Assembly: GCA_030390025.1 (NCBI GenBank)
Contig: CM059433.1
Coordinates: 20,028,001 to 20,092,000 of the forward strand
Reading direction: 5' to 3'
From: Squalus acanthias
Taxonomy: Eukaryota
DNA: 64,000 nt
Positions 1 to 13,085 of the stretch are shown here, one piece after another (the first letter of the stretch is position 1; each line of letters opens with the position of its first letter). The position numbers and the translations under genes are program-made. The notes under the pieces were generated by a model, which worked only from the letters and a program-made list of their open reading frames with translations, ran no database searches and had not been told where the DNA came from.

Positions 1-150
1 GCCTGATTGCGCTGGTTCATTTTACGTTTGTGATTATGCAAATGAGTTTGAGCGGAAACCTGAACCATAAAATCAATTCGGAAAACTAGCGCAATTCTGA
101 GCGCAATTTGTGCCCGGATCGCCGATTGCGCCCAAAGCGGAAACTCTACC
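1..150. mobile_element. Right end of a MITE, same family as 57616-58372
   Basis: Shares tatgcaaatgagtttgagc...gccgattgcgcccaaagcggaaactctacc with 58246-58372. Confidence 0.65.
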
Positions 151-1017
151 TCACAACTTCCATTGATGTAAAAATAAAAATTTCCCCAACTTTGATGAAC
201 TTGCAGACCAGTAAGAATTGATAACAGATTGGATAATGAGTTGACAAATGGTGGCAGGATATGATGAAACAATGGGCTATGATTTCACACATCACAACAG
301 TCGTAAGTCACCCTTCTGGGAAGTGGTTGGTTACTGAAGTTATACATTCAGGATGTAAAGTGTGCCCATCAAAGGGAATCTTTATCTGACCGAATTCTTA
401 TTCAAAGAATTTTCTGATTGTAATTCAGACAAATCATTTCTGAGAAGCAATTCAGATTTCCTCAAAGCAAGTGGAGACCCTCTTGTATCATGGTTATTCC
501 AGCTTTTAACAGATACCGGAGCTGGTTTTCCTTTCCTTTATGCCCATCCGTTGCTCAGTTCCCAGGCACAAAGGCGAGAATAAAAAAGGGCGGAGGCTGT
601 TAGGCCGGATCTGCACTCCCTTTACATTGCCCAGGGATTTCTTGGCGACCCCGGAAATCCCCTAAGGAGGGGTAGATTGTTTGTGCCTGAAGTTGGTGAA
701 ACTATGAGGAAGCCAGACAAATTAGGGTGGGTGGACACAAAGCTCATTTTACTACTGCTTGGGGGTTCATTAGGAAAAATGCCCAGAAGAAACAGCTGTT
801 AGGCCTTGTGCATGGCACCACCCTCAATGCGGAGGATCTTGGCGGGACAGATGGCAATGCCACGGAGGCCAACAATCCTTTTTGTTTTGCAGCTTTTTGG
901 CTGGAGATCATTACACCGTGGGTGCGTTCTTCCTGATCTGCACTCAAGCAAGGCAGCGGGATGAAAGTCAGGGCCTTATACGAGTCTAAAAATTAAATTT
1001 TAACCCCGTTGGGAGAG

Positions 1018-1623
1018 TTACTCCCTCATCTATGCCTTTGTTACCTCCAGACTTGACTATTCCAACGCACTCCTGGCTGGCCTCCCACATTCCACCCTAC
1101 GTAAACTTGAGGTTATCCAAAATTCGGCTGCCCGTGTCCCAACTCGCACCAAGTCCCGTTCGCCCATCACCCCTGTGCTCGCTGACCTACATCGGCTCCC
1201 GGTTAAGCAGCGCCTCGATTTCAAAATTCTCATCCTTGTTTTCAAATCCGGACAATACCTCGACCCTTCCTATCTCTGTCATCTCCTTCAGCACCACAAC
1301 TCCCCAAGATATCTGCGCTCCTCTAATTCTGACCTCTTGAGAATCCCTGATTATAATTGCTCAACCTTTGGTGGCCGTGCCTTCTGTTGCCTAGGCCCTA
1401 AGCTCTGGAATTCCTGCCTAAACCTCTCCGTCTCGCTACCTCTCCTCCTTTAAGATGCTCCTATAAAACCTACCTCTGTGACCAAGCTTTTGGTCACCTG
1501 CCCTAATTTCTCCTTATGTGGCTCGGTGTCAAATTTTTTGGTCTTAAAATATTCCTGTGAAGGGCCTTGGGACGTTTTACTACGTTAAAGGCGCTATATA
1601 AATACAAGTTCTTGTTGTTGTTG
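1018..1623 (+). mobile_element. L2-clade LINE 3' fragment
   Basis: Translates to LHRLPVKQRLDFKILILVFK...GGRAFCCLGPKLWNS (L2 ORF2 C-terminus); 3' UTR ends ggcgctatataaatacaag(ttg)n. Confidence 0.85.
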
Positions 1624-2665
1624 CATACTCTGACCTATTCAACATTTGGAAATGTGAAAAACTAAACCATGCAGATCGTGTCCCGAACTTGAGCAAGGAT
1701 CATTAGTAAATGTAAAAAATATCTCCTTTTTAATCGACTGCTTGGCGCGAGGCAGAGCTAGCCTGTACCTCTTCAGGTTTTTCTAATAGTTCAGACTCTT
1801 CATCATTCAGTACATTTCCTTATATTTTCGCTCTGAAACCTGCACTTCATGATAATAACATTCTTTGTAGTGCTGATCCCCAGCTGCAGCAGCATTCTTG
1901 GTATCCTTCATAAGGGCCTTTCACATTCAATTCTCAATTCATGGCCCAACTTGTGACCAAAACCCTTCAATGTTGAAGTCAACAAATCTATCGTTTAACA
2001 TGACATGCCTGGGACCAATTTGTTCTCTTATTGCACATCCATACAAATCTAACGGTGTGAAAAGGCTCAGGCGCAGTCAGTCAAATGATCTTTTACTATA
2101 GATGCTTCTCTGACTCTTTCTACTCTTGCACGCTCAAACTATAATTAAAGAGGGTGGGGGGGGGGGCGGGGCTGAAATTTTACTCTTGGCAGATTGCTAG
2201 CACTAATGTACTTGTCCTGGTGGTGCAGCAGTGAAGGGGACTTCCTCGGGTTTTCTGTTCTCCACTCATTCACATAGCATTCGAATGTTCAAGTGCAATT
2301 TGCGTCCTGTGCCACAGAGGCTCGGTGGCGGTGGGGGGCGGGGGTGGGGATTTTCCTGGGCAAGCGCTGAAATCTGCAGGTGATGCTCTTCAAAGCGGGA
2401 CCTGCACTTTCTGTGGGCTGCAAATTGTCGAATTCTGCTATTTTTGTCTCTGCTGTGCTAAGAGGAGTTTGCCAATTTGCAGCAGGGGTTGTGGGAGAAA
2501 GACAGCTCCCTTCTTTGAGAGTGCTGGAAGTTGTGGTGAGGGAGGCAATGCCAAGGAGAAGGGCCATGTTTGGGTGAGAGGGCCACTCTCCTGAGTAAGC
2601 AGCAGTCAGGATTGCCTGGCAAGAGGTGGTCGGGAGGTCCATGCACTGCCTGTTGTAAAGAGGTC

Positions 2666-3220
2666 GGCCCTGAATTTGCGGTCGGTATGACGGCGTACTC
2701 TCAGAGTACGCTCTTAAATTCCCCACTAAAATTCAGACCCAAAGGGATCAGGTGTAACTGGGGTTTTAACAGCGTATTTACTGTTAAACAAATGTTAAGG
2801 GCTTGGAAAACTAATTTTGGGCAGTGAGAAATTTGTCCATATTAATAAAAATTAAAATTTTAAAGAAAATTTCCACCCAAAAATTGTAATTTTTTTTTTT
2901 AAGTTTGTGCATCTTTACCTTTTCCCCCTGTGAGAACCCCAATCTTTCTTTTGCTCTCTGTAACTATTTTAAAAAGTTAGAATTTTAAGAGCTTGCACAC
3001 TTCCTTGTTCACGGTCTGTGAGAATTCTGCCTTTTGATTGGCTGCTTAGACAGCCTGTTGATGTCGCAGCACTTCTCACAAGGGGATCCCCATTAAGTTC
3101 CGTTGAATTGAATTCAAGGTCGGAAAACCCAAAGTTCTTGACACAAGGGTTGCGAGATCCCCGTACTTGGGGGCCAGCAGCAAACGCCTTTGCTTCGCTA
3201 CTGGCTGCAGATTCCATCTT
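2666..3220. mobile_element. MITE-like element, right end degraded
   Basis: Starts GGCCCTGAATTTGC like other termini here; subterminal hairpin gcgtactct-c-agagtacgc; AT-rich core. Confidence 0.45.
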
Positions 3221-4152
3221 CTTGGCAGATGAAGAGTAAACTCAGTATCGTGAAGGAGTTTGTCATGATCAGTCTGTTCTGCACTTACCTCTTAACAGTG
3301 TTCAGCTATGTAATACCTGCCAAAGACTTTGCCCTCAACCAGCTGCATATTCACAGGGATGCTTTCTTCACACGCCCATTTGCTCTCTCTAACTTGAGTA
3401 TGACGCACCTTTGATCCTTGCAGGAAGCCTTTTACTGGTGGTGGATAGAGCCGTTACAGGTTCAACCCCAATACTCACTTGCATATGACATGTTCCTCCA
3501 CTCTTGTTTGGGAAGAAACCAGTGGCCAGTTGCATCGCTCTGGCAGGTCTCAAGAAACAGTCTGAACCTGAATTGAATCTGTGCATAGTGGGCCACTACA
3601 CCATGGCCCCCTTTGAAGAGGGGCATGCAGGTGATGCACCTGCCTGTACTTGTGGCTGTCTCCCTGAAGGCAAGCGGAATTCCCAAAGGAATCCCGATGC
3701 CATCCATAGTTTGCTGTTGCCTATACCTTTGATGATAGGAGAGCAGAACGTAAATGAAGAACAAAAAGAAAACGGTCCAAGCCAAACAGACCATGAGCCA
3801 ACAGAATTTAAATGTAAACGAAGAATTAAAAAGACCCAAAACGATCTCTCACAAATTACTCACAAAGTCAGATTTATGACTTCCAGTGGCTGCGCACTTG
3901 CAGGAGTAATGCTTTGCTCCAGCCTTCGTCCCTGTGTCAAGAGCAAAATCGATCGGAATTTCCCGGGGCAGCAAGGGCACTCCCCAAACGTGCCACCGAA
4001 TTGAATGTTGAAATGAGGTTTACACCATGGAGCAGTGCAGCCTCTTGTGCCCTTAGCGCAGGCCCAGGAAAAAAACCTGGGGCTTGCACAGATCAGTGCA
4101 AGACGGACCAAATAGAAAAAAGTCAGTCTCCATTGTGCTAATTATTCAAATC

Positions 4153-4662
4153 AACAGCAATAATAACTTGCATTTATATAGTGCCTTTAATGTAGTAAAA
4201 CCTCCCAAGGGGCTTCATAGGAGCGTTATCAAACAAAATTTGACACCGAGCCACATAAAAAGACATTAGGGCAGGTGACCAAAAGCTTGGTCAAAGAGGT
4301 AGGTTTTAAGGAATGACTTAAAGGGGGAAAGAGAGGTGGAGAGGTTTAGGGAGGGAATTCCAGAGCTTAGGGCCTAGGTAGCTGAAGGCACGGCCGCCAA
4401 TGGTAGAGCGATGGAAATTGGGGACGCGCTAGAGGCCGGAATTGAAGGAGCGCAGAAATCTCGTCGGGTTGTGGGGCCCGAAGGAGGTCACAGAGATAGT
4501 GGAGGGCGAGTCCATGTAGGGATTTGAAAACAAGGATGAGAGTTTTAAAATTGAGGTGTTGCCGGACTGGTAGTGAGTGTCGGCCATCGAGCATCGGGGG
4601 TGATGGATGAATGGGAGTGGTGCAAGTTAGGACACGGGCAGCGGGCTTTTGGATAAGCTCAA
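4153..4662 (-). mobile_element. L2-clade LINE 3' fragment
   Basis: Reverse-complement homolog of 1018-1623; KLELIQKPAARVLT...LPVRQHLNFKTLILVFKSLHGLA. Confidence 0.85.
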
Positions 4663-5161
4663 GTTTAGTAACCTCTCCTTCTGGATGTCCTTTCACATTA
4701 ACAAGAGCTGAGTAAATATGATATGAGTACACATCTAATGTGAAAACCAGTTCCATCTATCGAGCCGACAAATCTGCCTTTCATCATGATTCGGATGGCA
4801 TTTCACTGGGCGCTCACCATCTTGTGCAATGTGTGTAAAGCAGCCTGAGGCAGCATTGCATTTCACCAGCACATGATTTGAGCTTAGCATTCTCCTATCA
4901 CATCTGTTTAAATCACCATGCAATTTAAGATTTTTATCTCAGTAAATAGTTTTCCTTTCAGCCTTTACGTTAACACGATGCATTAACACGTTTCAACCTT
5001 CCGTCATCAATTCTCTGTTCCCACAAATTCCTAAAGATAAAACCATCTGTCATCCCTAATTTGCCCCTAAGATTGTTTTCAATTTCCAGCTCAATCAATC
5101 CATCAATTTATTAAGTGTTTATCTTCATCAAGTTTCTAATCCATTCTCTGGATACATGATG

Positions 5162-6001
5162 GGGGGTGATTTTGCCAATGGGGAGCTTTTGGAGGCGGGA
5201 CTCCCACTTGTCGGGTTTCAGTCCCGCCTTCATCAACTTCTGGCCAACCCACGCTATTTTCCCTTGATTGACCTTGTTAAGCCTGCCCAGCGGGTTTAGC
5301 AGGCCAATTAAGGGAAAGCCGGTTGCAGAGCACGTCAACGTATGACATTTCATCTGTCAAAGATTTTAACAGATGAATTGTCATCGTTTGACAGCTCTTT
5401 GAAGCTGTCAAACACTGACATTCTCTGCAGTTTGATGAGGTCTTGAATACAAGACCCCATCAAACAGCTTTCTTTTACAGAAATGAGATGGTTGTTGCAT
5501 CTGAGAATGCAACGGCCACCTGTCATTCCCAACGCGGAGGTCCGAGACTCTCCGCATTAACATCGACTGAAGCCTGCAGGAAGAAACAAAGGTAAGTAAA
5601 CGTTTACTAACACTTTGCACTTACCTCAGATACTCACCTCTACACTCTTGCACCCATCACTTACCTTCACAGTGCACTTTTGCACCACCCCAACCCCCGA
5701 CCCTCGCAGACCACCTACTCGCTGAGCTGAGCTGGCGTGTTTCGGAGCCTTCGGGAAGCCCGCACTTGTGAGAGCAAAAAGGGGATAATCCTATTTTCTG
5801 CCTGTTAACTACCTGTTAACAGACAGTTAATAGGCTTTAATCCCTTCCCGCCTCCAAGGAGACGGGACCCGGTGCGGGATGGCTACCCGCCTCCTGGGAA
5901 GGTGGCATGGAGGCGGGTTGGGCACCCGCCCCCAAATTCTGCCATTTTCCCGGCAGACTCGCCTCCATACCCGCTTCCCCAGGGCTGGCAAAATCGCCCC
6001 C
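5162..6001. mobile_element. Harbinger-type MITE (840 bp)
   Basis: TIRs GGGGGTGATTTTGCCA / TGGCAAAATCGCCCCC; ATG duplicated on both flanks. Confidence 0.8.
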
Positions 6002-6034
6002 ATGGTGTGGGTGGGGGGGGGGGGGGGGGGGGGA

Positions 6035-6565
6035 GGGGGGGCGTGTGGAAATTTTAACCTAAAAAAACGGGTGGGTTGGGGGCATGGGGGAAGCTAAAGT
6101 ATTAAAAATCTGAATCCCGCCCTGCCCACTTCCAGGTTTAACGGAGGTGGGACGGGCGGCGGGCAGCCAACCCACTGCCAGGAGGCGGGTTGGCACTTTA
6201 ATTATGATAATGAGGCCCGGAAGCCTCGGATTTAAGCTGCTGTGCAGGTTTAACTGTGGCTGGCCGGGTTTCTCGGGCCTGGGGATTCCCGGTAGCTGCA
6301 GTGAGGCGAGGATAGCCTTGGGGAGCACTCCTTGTGGGCCGGGAGGAGCAGGAGTGCTTCCTTCCGGCCCCCCAAGCTCACCCACCATCAGCCCGCCCCA
6401 TACAAACACCACCCACCCCCGCCGGCTTGGGGCTCACACCTACCTGTAGTTGCGGCCTCCTGTCCAGCGCTCCCCGCCCGACTGGAAGTCAGCCTATCAC
6501 TCAGAGCTGCTACTTTTTACAGACAGCATCCCACACCCCCTCTCTGCTGCCGCCTCAGCTACTGA
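6035..6565. mobile_element. Truncated MITE related to the left ends of 18132 and 27240
   Basis: aattttaacctaaaaaa..gggtgggttgggg terminus; cttcc.ggtttaacggagg.gggac shared with 27330. Confidence 0.6.
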
Positions 6566-7033
6566 GGATTGTCTTATTCTGGGGTGTAATTATCATCTTA
6601 ATCCACCCTATCCCGATCTATAACCTCCAATTCCCAATCAGATATTGATCCAGCTTCTTTGAGAAGGAATTAAATGGTTCAGCTTCCAGTGCTTATACTG
6701 GGACTGGTCGACGTGTCTAGTGCTGGGGTGAAGGAGGGTTTCTTCTATTCACAGTTACACCTGAGGTTTGCTTCCATTTTGTCTGGACTGATAGAGTGGA
6801 AATGCAAATAGAAGAGCCTTCCCCTGGTACAAGGACACCACTAATACATAATGAGCGGCGCAGTTAAATAAAAAATGCGTGCAGGCAATGTTAAGTAACA
6901 ATTTGGTTATTATTGTCAATAGAACAAGTAATGACCTGAGGTATCCACCAGTTGAGGAAGGCTTTGAGCAAACCAGTGTATGATTGGGCTCGGAACAGTG
7001 GCAAACAGCCAGGGAAATTCTTACCAGAGACAA

Positions 7034-7768
7034 GTTAATACTCTGACTTGAGGCATGTTAATACTCTCACCTGAGGCATGTTAATACTCTCACCTGAGGC
7101 ATGTTAATACTCTCACCTGAGGCATGTTAATACTCTCACCTGAGGCATGTTAATACTCTCACCTGAGGCATGTTAATACTCTCACCTGAGGCATGTTAAT
7201 ACTCTCACCTGAGGCCTGTTAATACTCTCACCTGAGGCATGTTAATACTCTCACCTGAGGCATGTTAATACTCTCACCTGAGGCCTGTTAATGCTCTCAC
7301 CTGAGGCATGTTAATACTCTCACCTGAGGCATGTTAATACTCTCGAGATAATACTCTCACCTGAGGCATGTTAATACTCTCACCTGAGGCATGTTAATAC
7401 TCTCACCTGAGGCATGTTAATACTCTCACCTGAGGCATGATAATACTCTCACCTGAGGCATGATAATACTCTCACCTGAGGCATGTTAATACTCTCACCT
7501 GAGGCATGTTAATACTCTCACCTGAGGCATGATAATACTCTCACCTGAGGCATGTTAATACTCTCACCTGAGGCATGTTAATACTCTCACCTGAGGCATG
7601 TTAATACTCTCACCTGAGGCATGTTAATACTCTGACTTGAGGCATGTTAATACTTTTACCTGAGGTATATTAATACTCTAACTTGAGGCATGTTAATACT
7701 CTCACCTGTGGCCTGTTAATACTCTCACCTGAGGCATGATAATACTCTTACCTGAGCCACATTAATAC
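7034..7768. repeat. 23-bp minisatellite, about 32 copies (GTTAATACTCTCACCTGAGGCAT)
   Basis: Head-to-tail copies without spacers; degenerate at both edges; one interruption near 7345. Confidence 0.97.
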
Positions 7769-9218
7769 GGAATCTCTGTCCTCTAGATCTATACTCACAA
7801 TTGAGGTGAAATAGCCAACTTCGCGAAAATATATTGCTGATGTGACAGTTTATCAGAGTTGCTGACGATGCAGCAATACCATATAAGCAGTTGAATGGCT
7901 GTATTTATAATGCTCAACTAGTGAGAAGGGGGAACAATCAAAGGAAGCTTGATTTTTAATTTAAAATGTAGATGTGAAAAAAATTCAACAGGAGTTTTTA
8001 AATAACACAAAAGATTACAAATGACATTTGGTATCATCACAGCATCTCATTCAAATTATAATTTTATGCAGGAAGTGTAATCCTCGGATATATATTGACG
8101 AAACAAATTAAACACAAATCATGTTGAGAAGGCATATTACATACATTGATAATTAAATGAAAGCGTATTTCAGAAGTCATTAACATATTGAGAATGTGTG
8201 CTGAATAATAATTGTGTATGTAATCAAATAAGAGATGCAGAAAGATTCATTAAATATGTTGTCAGTAAATACACATCTGTATTCATGATTACACTTTTCA
8301 ATTGCACGAAGATGGTAAACAAGTCCAATTAAAAATATGTATTTAAGGACTTCTTGAATATTGAAAATCTGGCTGCTGCATTCTAATGTTAATTTCCTGA
8401 ATGGCTACTTAATATCTGTGACTAATAATCAGCCAACGTTTATTTTGTGGTATATTTTTCCTCTTTTTGGTTTGTCCTGCTGGGCCAGTGAGAATGGGTT
8501 AGAAAAGCACAATGAATGTCTGTGGTAGTGATTGTATCAGCTGTGGATTTTAACTGGACAATCACCGATTTGCAACCTAATATACACATTGAAGAAGCAT
8601 TGTCAGCAATCTCTTCGGATAGGCTTGGTGCTTGAACCAGCCTGTTCTGAAAATTCCACACTAGCAGCAACAAGTTCAGGACTGCATTATCGATAGCAGT
8701 TCTTCAATTTAAACCAGGTTTCAGCTAAACTTGACACAGAAAACTTTGCAGTTTAGTCACAGATGCTTCCTGTGATGGTATAGCAATAAAATGATCGATC
8801 TCCTCACTGCGCAAAGCCTGGTCTCCAAACTCTGGTTACGAGTCAACAGCCACTGTACTCAAGTGGCCTGGTAAATTCTCGATATCTCACAGGTGTTTTC
8901 ATGGCTTTTGACACAAATAGCTTAAAATATGAGATGTTGATCAATCCTCCCTCAACTTGTTGATCGCTGCTTCAATCTTTTGGTGCAGTTTAAAAAAAGA
9001 ACGTCTTTGATCTCTGGTCTTAACGTTTTTTGTCTGACTAGGAAGCCCTCATTCTTGACGCATTTTCTTTGTCTCTTTATGACCTGAAGCTAGTGTGCAT
9101 TTGACTTTGGATCCTGTTTATTTCAAGTAGCATTTTATTTACTTATTTGTTCATGAATATTAAATTCAATTCTGTATTCTTATGGAAAGTACCACCTGCT
9201 AAATAGCGTAATAGCAAA

Positions 9219-9313
9219 ACGAAGGGTCACAGACCTGAAACGTTAACTCTGTTTCTCTCTCCATGGAAGCTGCCTGACCCGCTGAGTGTTGCCAGCATTT
9301 TCTGTTGTTATTT
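9219..9313 (+). mobile_element. Penelope-like terminal repeat fragment
   Basis: gacctgaaacgttaactctgtttctctctcca...gctgcctgacc.gctgagt matches the arms of 48210-48412; family name recalled. Confidence 0.6.
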
Positions 9314-11959
9314 AAGTCATGTGCTGTCTTTTAGGAGCACTGGTTGACAGACAGTATTTATCACTGGGGAAAAATGTAGAGGTTGTCGATTCAATTAACA
9401 ATGTTTACATAAAAATTCTTCAAATAAACAACGGCCAAGAATGAGCAAGCAGTTCGGTTACAGTCAGACAGAGAAAGGAGAAAGATACAGGTGTAGGAGT
9501 TCTTGGCCAGACATGGCCAGCCAGACATAATCTAAATATGCAATACTAAATGAGCCAGGTTTTTTATGTAAGCAGCCTAGCACCTGCAGAACAGAGGCAT
9601 AGAATATTTGGTGCATTGCCAAAACTGAGTGAGGACTTTAAATAGCATTATTATTTTAAAATTGAATGACTGTGGGGCATTGCAGCTTTAATCCAGTTTT
9701 TAAAAAAGTGAATTTACATTTTTTTAAATCGTTGATTTATATAGATTCATGAAAATCCTAATGAAGTTAAAAACCACAAATAGGTAGGGAACTCGTGAAT
9801 GTGCAACAAAAGCATTCTACATTGAAAACATAGCACCTTGTGTGCTAATCTTTATTGCAATTCACAATGAAGTTTACACTCATCCCAAGTGGATGATGGA
9901 TTGTCATAATCCCCTTTCACTTAGGATTTGTGAAAACAGCAATTATGGAGTTATGTTTTACAGTTAAAAATAATCAATGCAAAATGAAATCAAGCCAAAT
10001 ATTGAGGGGAAGCAGAAACAAAAATAAAAATATGGTAATTAAGGACAGCCAGCTTGGATTTGTAAAAGGCACGTCATGTCTGACAAATGTGATCGTTTTT
10101 GAGGGAAGTAACAGAATGTATTGATAAAGGGAATGCCGTGGATGTGTACATGGGTTTTCAAAAGGTGTTTAATAAGGTGCTGTACAGGAGGCTTGATAAA
10201 ATGAGAGAACAAGCTCGTAAAGTGAATCTGGGGACATCAACAGGAAATTTGTTCAAGAATAGAAAACATAGAGTCGTGGTTAATGGATGTTTTTTTGGAC
10301 TGGACGATGTCCTCCAGGGATCAGTGTTAGGACCATTGGCCTTCTCAATATGTGTGTGTATATATATATGGTCTGGACTTGAGTATAAGGGGCCCAATAT
10401 TAAAATTTGCACATGACCCAAACTAGGAAGCAGGGTTAATGGTACAGAGGAGTGTAAGCGACCACAGGAAGACATAGTTTGGACAGATTGGTACAAATTT
10501 AACATACATAGGAACATAGGAACAGGAGTCGGCCATTCAGCCCCTCGAGCTTGTTCTGCCATTCAGTTAGATCACAGGTGATCTGTATCTTAACTCCATC
10601 CACCTGCCTTGGTTCCGTAACCCTTAATACCCTTGTTGAACAAAAATCTGTCAATCTCAGTTTTGAAATTTTCAATGGACCTAGCCTCAACAGCTTTTTC
10701 GGGGAGAGAGTTCCAGATTTCCACTACCCTTTGTGTGAAGAAGTGTTTTCTGACATCGCTCCTGAACGACCTAGCTCTAATTTTAAGGTTATGTCCCCTT
10801 GTTTTGGACTCCCTCACCAAAGGAAATAGTTTCTCTGGCCAGAATTTTTCGGGGGGTCAGCAGGGGTGTTTGGAAGCAGGTCGGCTGGGAAAAAAATTTT
10901 TTTGACAGCGGGTAGGGAACCCGCTGTCAACCCGCCTCCACGCTAGTCTCCCAGACGTCGGGTCTGTCATCGCAGAACAGACCCGACACCAAGCGGTGGG
11001 GGAAGCAATTTACATCACTAGAGAGATTGTTAAGAGGCAATTAACTAGTATTTTATGCTTACCTTTAGATTTTTAAGAGTTCACCAACGGCTTCCCCGCT
11101 GCTCGGAAATCACGTTAGGTAAGGAGGTCGGGTGTTGTGTCAGCATGGGATGATTTACTAACTTGACAGCTGCAAGTGGTCGATAAAAGCTCCCATTTCA
11201 TAGGTGTTCACTTTCCCAGGTTAGAAGCTGTTACTTACTACATTTGGAAGACAGATTGAGCTTTATGCAGCTTGCAAGTGTTTGGAGTAAACTCTCTATC
11301 CAGTGTCACCTCATTGGAACAACCTCTCTCACCATTGACAGATCGCTTCTGTCATCTCAAGTTCACCTGCCATCTATTCCATCAGCATTGGTGCCCTTGA
11401 AAAAATCTCACCTTGGTCCTCAGAATCCCACCACGATCAGCCCCAACACCAGCAGCACCAGGCACACCAGCAGCACCAACAACACCACCAACCTTCTCCA
11501 CAATCAGCTGGTGCTGCACAGGACGCAGGGCATCAACACCCGACCACACTGCTGCCCGGGATGCCAGGGATGGCCTCACCATGGCCAGATTTACTTCACT
11601 TGACACTGTACACCCTGGCTGCCACATGATGCACCAGGTTGGCACCACCCCACACCAACACCATAAAACATCCCTCCCAAGCCATTCATTTCACACTCAT
11701 CACCATTGCGGGCGGTACCGTTATGTTTCACCTTTCACTGCAACTCACGAAGCCACTTCCAAAGGTGCACACAAATCTGTCCAAGAATGCAAAGTGTTAA
11801 AAATAAAGATTTCAATGTTTGACACCACATTAACAGAAACTTCACATGAACATTGGCTAAAACACACAAGTGCCCACCTTTGTGTGCTGTTAGTTGGTAT
11901 GATTTGACAAGGATGAGGGTGAGTGTGAGGGGTGGCTAGTGAGATGGGGATGTGATAAT

Positions 11960-12703
11960 GGGCCGAAAATTCATCCCGGGACGCGAGAGTACGCACTGCG
12001 TACTCTCGCGTATTCCCACTCCAATTGCCGGTTTTCTGCATGCCCTGCGCATGCGCTGAAAACCGGCAATTGCTCTTTTGAAAAGGGGGCGGTTCCTCGG
12101 TGCATCGCGTGCGCGCTACAGGCTGCGCGCACGCTGTGCACTTCATGCTTTGGACGCGCAGGTAAGTACGGAAGATTTTGGAAATGTAAAAAGGAGGAGT
12201 AAGACCCACTTTTAAGAAGGTAAGTAGTGAATTAAGTATTTTTTTGAATTTTTTTTAACAGGTATATCTTTTTTAGAGACTTTAAAGACAGGTAAGTTTA
12301 TTTTTATAACTTTTTAAAAGATTTTAAATTTTTTCAAAAATTTAATTTTTTATTTAAAATGGTTAATTTAATTAACTATACTTATTTTATTAATGTGATG
12401 GTTTTTTTTTTAAATTTAATTGAGGTTTAGCTGTTATTTTGGGGGGGTGTAAGATTCATAGATTTCACAGCACGTATGTGAAACTTATGAATGGAAGATG
12501 GTGTGCTGCCATTGGCTCTAACTGAGTCACGTGATCCCACAGCTCGCACGAATTCACTACGCCGCTGGGATACGCAAGCACTGCCCAGCTGATGTCTGGA
12601 ACATCAAGTTCGTGCGAGCTGGATCTGAAAAAGCACAAGCGAGGTGAGAGATCGCGGGGAAGCCTTACCCCCGCGGGAACAGAGCGAGATCAATTTCTGG
12701 GCC
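11960..12703 (+). mobile_element. Young 744-bp MITE
   Basis: TIRs GGGCCGAAAATT / AATTTCTGGGCC; AAT TSD; near-identical inverted copy at 61012-61755. Confidence 0.92.
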
Positions 12704-12839
12704 AATGTAGATAGAGAGGGATGGGTGGAGGTGCAAGGTAAGTTGGTGTGAGTAAGGATGTGCAGGAGTAGGGTAGGGAAGGCAGAGTGATGGGGATGTA
12801 GAGTGGCACAGCAGAATGAGGTTCAGTGTGGCTTTGCAG

Positions 12840-13085
12840 TAACGTTTCGTGATCTACTGAGATCATTGAAAGGTTTGTGCCACTGCAGCCTGGTCGTCCT
12901 GATGACATCCCTGCTTGTGTCCGCCTGTGCAATGTGCAACCAGGATGCGTTGGTCTCCTGGGGAGGTCTCTTCCACCCATGGGAAGGGAAGAGGACCTCC
13001 CTGCGTGCTGTGACTCCCTCCATAAACATAAACATATGGAGGGAGCCATGGAAGAGCCTGGGTGCAGCCGTGCACCTTTGTGCAG
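12840..13085 (-). pseudogene. Harbinger Myb/SANT-like DNA-binding protein, first exon remnant
   Basis: AAPRLF...EGVTARREVLFP...WLHIAQADTSRDVIRTTRLQWHKPFNDL fits the Myb-like trihelix pattern (PRF...W..VA..V...RT..QC.K.FNDL). Confidence 0.75.

Noticed and set aside
7034..7768. CRISPR array
   Set aside because: Repeats are contiguous with no spacers; no cas genes; vertebrate context
8440..9113. Terminal coding exon on minus strand
   Set aside because: Short frames with stops, no recognisable protein
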